A stretch of 64,000 nt of DNA from the NCBI GenBank assembly GCA_964512915.1, contig CAZEKJ010000004.1, positions 41,347 through 105,346 on the forward strand. Reading direction: 5' to 3'. A model generated the notes under the pieces. That model saw nothing but the letters and a program-made list of their open reading frames with translations, had not been told where the DNA came from and did not search any database. The first letter of the stretch is position 1; each line of letters opens with the position of its first letter. Shown here piece after piece: positions 9,587-17,119 of this stretch. The translations under genes were made by a program, and so were the position numbers. The stretch comes from an uncultured Porphyromonadaceae bacterium. GTDB lineage: Bacteria > Bacteroidota > Bacteroidia > Bacteroidales > UBA12481.

Positions 9587-11983
9587 ATGACCCGCTTATT
9601 CTGTATAAAAACCATGACCCGGATTTTCCTGTCGATTGCCCTCATAATAGCAGGACTTAGCACCTACGCCCAGTCCCCCTTCCGTGGCACCATTTCCGAA
9701 CCTTCCGCCCTGCTCGGCGGGATGCCGGCCGTGGCGCACTGGATCTGGCAGCCGGGCGAGGAGAATCCGAAGAACACCTACCTGCTGGTCCGGAAGTCGA
9801 TTGACTTTAAAAACAGGCCCGATAGTGTATTCGCCTATATATCTGCCTATTCCGTGGCTGATGTGTATGTCAACGGGGAGATGGTCGACCGCTGTCCGAT
9901 GAATTGCGACCCGGAATATCAGGTTTACGAGAAATTCAATTTAAGCCGCTATTTCCACGCCGGAACGAATACAATCACGGCCGTGGTGTACAATTTCGGA
10001 ATCGGGATGCACCACCGGATCAATGCCCGGGGCGGGTTCTTTTTCCAGGGCGAGGCTTTCCTGCCGGATAAAAAGACCAGCGGCATCAACACCGACGGCA
10101 GCTGGCGGGTTTCCGCCCTTAGCGGCTGGGCCACGGATACCGAATTGCGCACCGGGTCAGCAGAGGGTGCACCGAACCTCATCGGGTTTATTGAGCATTT
10201 CGATGCCCGCAAGATGCCACAAAACTGGCATTCGGCAATTTTCGATGACAGCGGATGGCAGGCGGCCAGCGTCATCGGTATTCCGCCCGTGGGTCCGTGG
10301 AAAAGTATCGTAACCGTAACCCGGCCGGTTCTCTTTCGCGAAACCATCTATCCGGTGAACCAGTGGACCGTGAACGGCTGGGTGATATATGACTTTGGCC
10401 GGGAGGTGACGGGAACGCCGGTGATCCGCCTGAAGGCCGGCAAGGAGGGCGCCGATATCACGCTGGGAACTGCCGAGCGCCTGCTGCCCGACGGCACCCC
10501 CGACTTTCAGCGGCGGGTTCGGTATGAGGACCATTACATCACCCGCAGCGGGGAGCAGCAGTGGAGCCCCTTCACCTGGCGCGGCTTCAGGTATCTCACG
10601 ATGCCGGTTAATTCCGATATTACCCTCATCGAACTCTCCGCCGTTGACCGCCATTTCAACCTGAGGGACGAAGGCGAGTTTGAATGCTCCGACCCCCTCC
10701 TCACCCGGATCTGGGAAACCGGCCGCTTCACGCTGAAATTATGCAGTCAGGATACCTACATGGACACCCCGTGGCGCGAGCAAACCCAGTACATCGCCGG
10801 GGATTCGCGCTACCTGCTGAAATATGCGTTCTATGCTTCCGGCCTCAGTTCGGAATTTTTAACCCGATATAATATCCTGTCGGGGGCCTGGTCGCAGCGC
10901 TGGGCCACCGACGGCTCCATCCGGTCGCGTTACCCCACCGACTGGCTCATCGGAGAGGGCACATCGGGATATCTGATTGATTATGAACTTGAATGGGTGA
11001 TTATGCTGGGCGAATACCTGGATTATTTCGGGAATTCCGATCTGATCCGACAGGTGTATCCCAACCTGGTTAAGCTGATGGCCCATTTCGAGACCCTCAT
11101 CGGGAAAGAACACGGGGTGCTTTCCGATATACCCGGCTGGATCGTGCTGGACCATCCGGATACCTACCCCATGGACCAGACGAAGGAGATAACGGGGTTG
11201 AATTGCCTGTACTACGCAGCGCTCAATACCGCGTCAAGACTGGCTGCGGAGGTCATGGCAGATCCGGTGCAGGGTGAAAAGTGGAAAAGTGAAAGAGTGA
11301 TACTCGGGGCCAATATCCGGAAATGGATGTGGTCGCCGGAGAAGAAAGTGTATGCCGACAGTTATGGCAGCAGCCAGTTCAGCCAGCAGACCCAGGTGTA
11401 TGCAATACTGTACGGGCTTGTCAATCAGGAAGATATTCCAGATGTAACCCGATATATCACGGAGCAGGGGCGAAAAAGCGAGATGTCGTTTGCCTATTAC
11501 GTGGTGGGGTCGGTTTTCGACCGCGAGCCGCAATGGGCGCTGGATTATATCCGCAAGAACTGGGGGGATCAGATGAAGCTCGCGTCGTTCAATGGCGGAT
11601 GGCAGGAGGGGTGGAATGTGGAAGAGTGGACGGGTGATATCGGTTCCACGTCGCATGCGTGGTGCTCGGGACCCACTGCACTGCTCCCGCAAAAGGTATT
11701 GGGGGTTGAGCCCATCAAGCCCGGCTGGAAAGAGTTCCGGGTTGCTCCGCATCCCGGCGACCTCACCTGGGCGCGGGGCGTGGTGCCCACACCTGCGGGC
11801 AGTATCATGATCAACTGGTCGCGGGACAATACTAAAATGAGTCTGTCGGTCGAGGTTCCCCGCGGCACCCGGGCATTGATCGATCTTCCCGCAGCGGCGA
11901 TCACCGTCGATGGCAAGTCCGTTAAGGGACCCGTTTGGGTGGCGGCGGGGGAGCATCAGGTGGAATGGATTTTGTTCCCGTAG
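9587..11983 (+). CDS. GH78-like (alpha-L-rhamnosidase-related) six-hairpin glycosidase
   Basis: 798-aa ORF. The signal peptide is best read from the second Met (9614, MTRIFLSIALIIAGLSTYAQ). Size and DTPWREQTQYIGD-type motif resemble the rhamnosidase catalytic-domain family. Its stop TAG is part of a conserved hairpin element. Confidence 0.6.
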   Translation: MTRLFCIKTMTRIFLSIALIIAGLSTYAQSPFRGTISEPSALLGGMPAVAHWIWQPGEENPKNTYLLVRKSIDFKNRPDSVFAYISAYSVADVYVNGEMVDRCPMNCDPEYQVYEKFNLSRYFHAGTNTITAVVYNFGIGMHHRINARGGFFFQGEAFLPDKKTSGINTDGSWRVSALSGWATDTELRTGSAEGAPNLIGFIEHFDARKMPQNWHSAIFDDSGWQAASVIGIPPVGPWKSIVTVTRPVLFRETIYPVNQWTVNGWVIYDFGREVTGTPVIRLKAGKEGADITLGTAERLLPDGTPDFQRRVRYEDHYITRSGEQQWSPFTWRGFRYLTMPVNSDITLIELSAVDRHFNLRDEGEFECSDPLLTRIWETGRFTLKLCSQDTYMDTPWREQTQYIAGDSRYLLKYAFYASGLSSEFLTRYNILSGAWSQRWATDGSIRSRYPTDWLIGEGTSGYLIDYELEWVIMLGEYLDYFGNSDLIRQVYPNLVKLMAHFETLIGKEHGVLSDIPGWIVLDHPDTYPMDQTKEITGLNCLYYAALNTASRLAAEVMADPVQGEKWKSERVILGANIRKWMWSPEKKVYADSYGSSQFSQQTQVYAILYGLVNQEDIPDVTRYITEQGRKSEMSFAYYVVGSVFDREPQWALDYIRKNWGDQMKLASFNGGWQEGWNVEEWTGDIGSTSHAWCSGPTALLPQKVLGVEPIKPGWKEFRVAPHPGDLTWARGVVPTPAGSIMINWSRDNTKMSLSVEVPRGTRALIDLPAAAITVDGKSVKGPVWVAAGEHQVEWILFP

Positions 11984-12006
11984 GGGCGTCCTGCGGACGC
12001 CCGTTT
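11984..12006 (+). terminator. Conserved GC hairpin (GTAGGGGCG-NN-C TGC G-NN-CGCCC RTTT family)
   Basis: gggcgtcc-tgc-ggacgccc-gttt immediately after the GH78-like stop. The TAG stop is part of the conserved gttcccgtagggg flank. Confidence 0.5.
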
Positions 12007-12020
12007 ACCCCCATTTCATG

Positions 12021-12070
12021 AATCGTGACGCGTGATGCGTGATGCGTGAAGCGAAAAAAAATCGTGACAG
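12021..12070. repeat. CGTGANS heptamer array plus A-tract
   Basis: cgtgacg cgtgatg cgtgatg cgtgaag cg aaaaaaaa tcgtgacagg. Confidence 0.9.
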
Positions 12071-12078
12071 GTTTGGTT

Positions 12079-12642
12079 TCAGAACTTACCGCTCACCCCC
12101 AGCCTCAGACTCCAGCTCGGTACCGTAGGAATGCCATAGCTATATTCTCCAAATATCCCGATATGCTTCGTTAGATAAAAAGCAAGACCGGCTCCATGAT
12201 GATATTGAAACTGAAAGCCACGCTGGGGAACATAACCTTCAGGCGAGGAAAAATAGATACCGCCATATCGGGCGAGCAAATATAAATCAAACCTGAAATC
12301 AGGCTTTTTAATCAGAAAAGATAGAGGATGAAAATTCAGTCCTACACCGAAAAATGGTGCATCATGATTTTCGCTGATAATATCCCCTGTTTGCGGCACG
12401 AAAGCGGTGAACCGGCTGTAGCCCAGATATCCGCCAACCTCAAGAAATTCAAGTAGTCCATAGTTCGCTTCAATCCGGTAATTCGGAAAAGTCGGTTTCA
12501 TTTTGGTCTTTGTCAACCATAAACCATCGTATCTTGCATATCCAGCCTTTAGGTTCCACCGGTCTTTGATGTAAGAATCCTGGGCATCAAGGGCCGGAAA
12601 CGAAGTGATTAATGCGAATAGGATCAGTATTTGTTTTTTCAT
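12079..12642 (-). CDS. Small outer-membrane beta-barrel-like protein (paralog 1)
   Basis: 187 aa. Signal peptide ending ALDAQ, alternating aromatic/glycine strands, and a C-terminal ...LRLGVSGKF ending in Phe. Confidence 0.45.
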   Translation of the reverse strand: MKKQILILFALITSFPALDAQDSYIKDRWNLKAGYARYDGLWLTKTKMKPTFPNYRIEANYGLLEFLEVGGYLGYSRFTAFVPQTGDIISENHDAPFFGVGLNFHPLSFLIKKPDFRFDLYLLARYGGIYFSSPEGYVPQRGFQFQYHHGAGLAFYLTKHIGIFGEYSYGIPTVPSWSLRLGVSGKF

Positions 12643-12700
12643 TGGGCTATTAATTTTCCCTGATAAACCTTGTCATAATCTTGTCTTAAGAACCAAAATC

Positions 12701-13267
12701 TCAATGGAATTTCAAACTCAACCCACACCTCAAACTCCCCGCAGGCTTCGCAAGCACACCATAACTGTATTCTCCGAAAACTCCGATATGCTTCGTAAGA
12801 TAAAAGGCAAGACCAGCTCCATGGTTATACTGAAAGTAAAATCCCCGTGCAGGCAGATACTCCGCCGGTGCAACCAGGTAATAGCCCCCGTATCGGGCCA
12901 GAAGATAAAGGTCAAAACGAAAATCGGGCTTTCTAATCAGGAAGGTTAACGGATGGAAGTTGAGGTTCAATCCGAGGAGTGGAGTGCCCACGTTCTTAGA
13001 ATCCCATTTCGACCACACCTGTTCAATTGTCCCAATCCATGTATATCCAAGGTAAACTCCCGCTTCCAGGAATTCCATGAAACCGTAGTTTGCCTCAACC
13101 CTGTAATCTGCATAGATAAATTTGGTGCTCCATTCGGGCGGATAAAAGCTGTCATTCTCGGCATATCCGGCCTTAATGTTCCACCGGTTTTTTATAAAGG
13201 AACCCTGTGCATTTCCAGAGAAAACACTGGTAATGAATACGATCATAAAGAGCATGCGCTTTTTCAT
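12701..13267 (-). CDS. Small outer-membrane beta-barrel-like protein (paralog 2)
   Basis: ORF 12701-13297; ATG at 13267 gives MKKRMLFMIVFITSVFSGNAQ. Clearly paralogous to 12079-12642 (shared blocks NLNFHPL.FLI.KPDFRFDLYLLARYGG, HGAGLAFYLTKHIG.FGEYSYG). Confidence 0.45.
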   Translation of the reverse strand: MKKRMLFMIVFITSVFSGNAQGSFIKNRWNIKAGYAENDSFYPPEWSTKFIYADYRVEANYGFMEFLEAGVYLGYTWIGTIEQVWSKWDSKNVGTPLLGLNLNFHPLTFLIRKPDFRFDLYLLARYGGYYLVAPAEYLPARGFYFQYNHGAGLAFYLTKHIGVFGEYSYGVLAKPAGSLRCGLSLKFH

Positions 13268-13275
13268 GAGTTTCG

Positions 13276-15723
13276 CTATTTTTCCTGATACAACCACTTC
13301 TTAAACTTTTCACCCGTGAATCTCTTGGGAACTTTCGTGGCTGTTCCATCAAAATACAATTTATAGGATACCGATGGGATGATCGGGAAGAAACTCATCT
13401 GGTACATATTGGTGGCCTTAAAATCGGTGAGGTTTTCCGGTCGCTCGATATAGTTATCGGTCCTGGTGTTGAAATAGTAGAAATAAGGGTTATGCCGGTT
13501 GTAAACGTTGTACACTGAGAATGTCCAGGTGGCCTTCCGGTTGCGTTTTGTAATCGTATTTAAGGTGGCTCCCACATCCAGCCGGTGGTAGTCTTTCATC
13601 CGGCCGCTGTTTCGATCCCCATACATCAGCACTTCATAATACCCAAGATTCCCGTTTTCATCGGGCTCGGTATCCAGAGTCAGTTGCCGGCCCAGAACCG
13701 GTGTATACGGCAAACCGGTCTGATAAACCCAGGTGAGGCTGGCCGACCATTTCTCATTGAACTTATGATTGATATTCAGCGATGCAGTATGCGGCCGGTC
13801 GAAATCAAAGGCAAATTCCTGTCCCTTATTGATTTGAGGGAATTGCCGCGTAGTCCGGGAGTAGGCATAGCTGGCAAAACCGGTCCAGTCGCCATATTGC
13901 TTTTTTACCAGGAATTCCACCCCGGCCGATCGCCCCGTTCCCCCGGTTACCACCTTGCTGCGCCAGTCGAGATCGCCCATCAGGCTTGAATACCCTTCCC
14001 GGTAAGTGGCCAGATTCGAAAGCGTTTTATAATATCCGGTTATTTCAGCGGCGTATTGGCCGTTATGGAAGCTGCTGTTCCATCCGAGTGTATACTGGTC
14101 GGACCGGGCCGGATCGATTCCGGCACCAGCCGGTACCCACACCTCATTATTCATCACGCTCCCGGCGGTAAAAAGAAGTTGTTCATTCTGGGTAACCCGC
14201 TGATAACTTGCAGAAAGCTGCTGATCAGGAGCCAGGGTCAAATTGATTCGGGCCCTCGGTTCAAGAGACATGGAACTGAATCCTTTGGTAAGATAACCAA
14301 CCCACCGTAATCCCAGATTGGCTTCAATCCTGCTGCCCAGAGAGAATTTATTATCCAGATAGAGTGCCGGTTCAAATGCTCTGAGCCGTTCAACTACCGG
14401 CTGTTGTTCCAATGTGGATTGATAATAGGAGTTCGGGATATGATCCAGGTATGAGGCCTGCAGTCCTGCATCGAGTGACCACCAGTTCAGAACCTGTACC
14501 TTGAGATTAGATCGTATCGACAGATCCGCCACCGATGAGAGATAATTGCGGTCGAATATCGGATGCTTGATGGAGTCGGTTATTGTATAATTCTGGAACA
14601 GGTTCAAACGATACCGCGTGTAAGAGAGGGTGTTGGTCATAAAAATCCGGGGGGATATTACGTGATTCCAACGGGCAGAAGCCAGCCAGTTACCCCATGC
14701 ATTCTTCAAATGACTCTTTTGAGTCTCCTTTACACCTCCTTTTTCATTTTTCTGCACCGACCAGTAGTTCAGATAATCATCCCCCTGGTAAAGATTCAGG
14801 TGAAAGCTGTTTCGTTCATCCGGTTTCCAGGTAAACTTCCCGTTCAGATCATGGAACCCATAAGCAACAACCAAACCATTCATATCGATGATCCTGGTAA
14901 CAGTCGCCATCAATGGATCGATCAGGGTTTTACGACCGGTGAGGATAAAGCTCGAATTCTTGAGTTTGGTTGGTCCCTCCACGGTAAATGACAGGTCCGT
15001 TACCCCCAGGCTTAATGATCCCTTCAAACTCGTCCGGTCCCCTTCACGCTGGGTAATATCCACCACCGAAGAAACCCGACCTCCAAACCGTGCCGGGAAA
15101 CCGCCCTTATAAAGATCAATCGAATTAATAATATCAGGATTAAACACCGACATGAACCCACCCAGATGGTTAACATAAATAACCGGAACATTATCAAACA
15201 GATACAGGTTTTGCCCCGGGTCCCCGCCTCTGACAAGAAGCAGGCTTGAACCCTCATTCTGGGCCTGGATACCAGGCAATAGCTGCATGCTTTTCAGCAC
15301 ATCGGGCTTGCCCCCCAGTGAGGGTAGCTGCCTGAGCTCACTGATTCGCAGGGTCGACACATTATTGACCGGTGTCCGTAATCCTTTAACTACCACTTCT
15401 CCCAGCTCCTCTCCCGGCACCAGCGCTACATCAATCAGGGTATCCTTTGGCACTGAAAAAGCCACCTCTGCAGGTTTATATCCGACATAGGATATCTTTA
15501 CCGTGCCTGGAATCCTGACCACGAAAGAAAAGTAACCGTTATTATCCGAAGAGGTTCCGCCTTTATCATGGGTCGAACGGATGTTAGCTCCGATTAACAG
15601 TTCACCGGAGTGTTGATCCCGCACGAACCCTGAAATCCGGGTCTGGCCCTGACCATGCATAGCCGGAAAGATAAAAAGCAATGACGCCAAGATCAGGAAT
15701 CTAAATACTATTTTGAATTTCAT
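13276..15723 (-). CDS. TonB-dependent receptor with N-terminal CarboxypepD_reg-like domain
   Basis: 815 aa. Signal peptide, ISGFVRDQHSGELLIGANI (carboxypeptidase-regulatory-like fold), a plug region (LLPGIQAQNEGSSLLLVRGG) and a long beta-barrel. Overlaps the upstream DUF4249 gene by 4 nt. Confidence 0.8.
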   Translation of the reverse strand: MKFKIVFRFLILASLLFIFPAMHGQGQTRISGFVRDQHSGELLIGANIRSTHDKGGTSSDNNGYFSFVVRIPGTVKISYVGYKPAEVAFSVPKDTLIDVALVPGEELGEVVVKGLRTPVNNVSTLRISELRQLPSLGGKPDVLKSMQLLPGIQAQNEGSSLLLVRGGDPGQNLYLFDNVPVIYVNHLGGFMSVFNPDIINSIDLYKGGFPARFGGRVSSVVDITQREGDRTSLKGSLSLGVTDLSFTVEGPTKLKNSSFILTGRKTLIDPLMATVTRIIDMNGLVVAYGFHDLNGKFTWKPDERNSFHLNLYQGDDYLNYWSVQKNEKGGVKETQKSHLKNAWGNWLASARWNHVISPRIFMTNTLSYTRYRLNLFQNYTITDSIKHPIFDRNYLSSVADLSIRSNLKVQVLNWWSLDAGLQASYLDHIPNSYYQSTLEQQPVVERLRAFEPALYLDNKFSLGSRIEANLGLRWVGYLTKGFSSMSLEPRARINLTLAPDQQLSASYQRVTQNEQLLFTAGSVMNNEVWVPAGAGIDPARSDQYTLGWNSSFHNGQYAAEITGYYKTLSNLATYREGYSSLMGDLDWRSKVVTGGTGRSAGVEFLVKKQYGDWTGFASYAYSRTTRQFPQINKGQEFAFDFDRPHTASLNINHKFNEKWSASLTWVYQTGLPYTPVLGRQLTLDTEPDENGNLGYYEVLMYGDRNSGRMKDYHRLDVGATLNTITKRNRKATWTFSVYNVYNRHNPYFYYFNTRTDNYIERPENLTDFKATNMYQMSFFPIIPSVSYKLYFDGTATKVPKRFTGEKFKKWLYQEK

Positions 15724-16643
15724 CGTTTCCTGGGTTCAGGGTAAATAACTTCAGACCGATACACGGAGAAACCGGCCACAATCCCCATGGCGTTCCTGAC
15801 ATTCGAATAGAGCGGGAACGCATGGTAAGGACCGAATTGAAAATCGGGAAAGCGTCCGGTATTATACAGGTGTAACTGCTTTAAATACTGGTAGTAGTGC
15901 CAGGAAATCGATATAAAATCTACAGTAATCGGATAATACGATTCCAACATGACATAGTCCGGGGGTGGTCCATTATAGCCGTATGAGGAAGCATTGTAAT
16001 AATCAACCTGAAGAGTATAGGTGCTGTCCATAATATTCCCGGTGCTGAACACGGCAACCGGCAATCCTTCCGTAAGAAGGAGAGGATCTTTAAATTCACA
16101 CAGGGGTTTAAGCCTCCAGGAGGAAAACAGTGTGCTGTCGCGAATCATAACCTGAAAGTATTGAGTCTTTTTCCGGTCGACCGGGAAAGTAATCCGCACT
16201 CCTGGGTAAGAGTACCCCTCCTCATTAATTTCTGCAAAATTGATGTGTTCAACTGCCAATAGTTTTACTGGTGCGGGAATCGTGTCTGTTGCCGTAATCT
16301 CAGGGAATCCGGGAACCATAACCTGAATCCGGTAGATATTACCTGCCTTTGCTTTGGCATTGCTGTGATAATACCCGTTACCTGCATGAGGCAGGTTACC
16401 CAGGAGTGTATCATTCACAAAACAGCTCACAGTGGCATGATCCACCAGCGTAAGCGGAACGGTATCCAGCTTTCCCGACAGAGAAACATGGACCTTAATC
16501 AGGCTGTCAGCGGCCAGATAGCTGTTAACGGCCGGAACCGGGGTGAAATCGGGGAATTCATCCTGCACCAGCTCCCGGCAGCCGGTCAGCAACAAAAAGG
16601 CAAGTAATCCCGATAACGGAAGTAAACGACCAATTCGCACCAT
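15720..16643 (-). CDS. DUF4249 family lipoprotein
   Basis: 307 aa with lipobox LLLTGC. Its position directly upstream of, and overlapping, the TonB-dependent receptor is the usual DUF4249 context. Confidence 0.6.
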   Translation of the reverse strand: MVRIGRLLPLSGLLAFLLLTGCRELVQDEFPDFTPVPAVNSYLAADSLIKVHVSLSGKLDTVPLTLVDHATVSCFVNDTLLGNLPHAGNGYYHSNAKAKAGNIYRIQVMVPGFPEITATDTIPAPVKLLAVEHINFAEINEEGYSYPGVRITFPVDRKKTQYFQVMIRDSTLFSSWRLKPLCEFKDPLLLTEGLPVAVFSTGNIMDSTYTLQVDYYNASSYGYNGPPPDYVMLESYYPITVDFISISWHYYQYLKQLHLYNTGRFPDFQFGPYHAFPLYSNVRNAMGIVAGFSVYRSEVIYPEPRKR

Positions 16644-16710
16644 GGGTCAAATTTTTCAGTAAGTGAAGATCCTGAAGAACAAGGGGGATGATCAAAGGTA
16701 CGAAAAAAAT

Positions 16711-16737
16711 CGTGACGCGTGATGCGTGACCCGTGAT
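16711..16737. repeat. CGTGANS heptamer array
   Basis: Preceded by cgaaaaaaat: cgtgacg cgtgatg cgtgacc cgtgat. Confidence 0.9.
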
Positions 16738-16743
16738 TTGTGT

Positions 16744-16762
16744 GGCGGACCCGTGGTCCGCC
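16744..16762. repeat. GGACC-CGT-GGTCC-type mini-hairpin
   Basis: ggcggacc-cgt-ggtccgcc, a perfect 8-bp stem. Confidence 0.85.
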
Positions 16763-16775
16763 CGGTATTGGGGCT

Positions 16776-17018
16776 GGGACAAAATGATAGTCACCCTCGG
16801 AGTCTGCTACAAATTGCCACTAGCTTTAGCTAGTGGTTTATGTTGATTCACAGTATTTTATGGGCTTAAGCCCAATTTTTATCTCCTGAATTTACCCAAT
16901 CAATCATCAGGAACAGAGTTGGCCTAAAGGCCTCAATGTTCTATTTATCAACGCATTCCACTAGCTAAAGCTAGTGGCAACTGGTAGTGGGCTCCAAGGG
17001 TCACTATCATTTTGTCCC
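16776..17018. other. 243-nt multi-stem structured element (candidate MITE or structured RNA)
   Basis: Terminal 21-nt inverted repeat gggacaaaatgatagtcaccc / gggtcactatcattttgtccc (1 mismatch). Internal mirrored hairpins ccactagc-ttta-gctagtgg (16817-16836) and ccactagc-taaa-gctagtgg (16968-16987). Central palindromes gggcttaagccc (16862-16873) and ggcc-taaa-ggcc (16921-16932). Confidence 0.8.
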
Positions 17019-17071
17019 ATCCATGTTTTGTCCCCCTCCAACATATAGAAGCTCCTCCCAACCCTCAATAT

Positions 17072-17119
17072 CACATTGGCAAATTGGTAAATTGGCACAT
17101 TACCACATTGGCACATTAC
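17072..17119. repeat. 8-mer tandem array (CACATTGG-type) x6
   Basis: cacattgg caaattgg taaattgg cacattac cacattgg cacattac. Overlaps the GH92 stop (17116-17118). Confidence 0.9.

Noticed and set aside
16776-17018. tRNA, tmRNA or another known RNA gene in the long structured spacer
   Set aside because: There is no cloverleaf with a T-loop (GTTCRA) or anticodon arm geometry, and I could not recognise any known RNA family motif. The element is symmetric, like a MITE. I found no rRNA or tRNA anywhere in the window.
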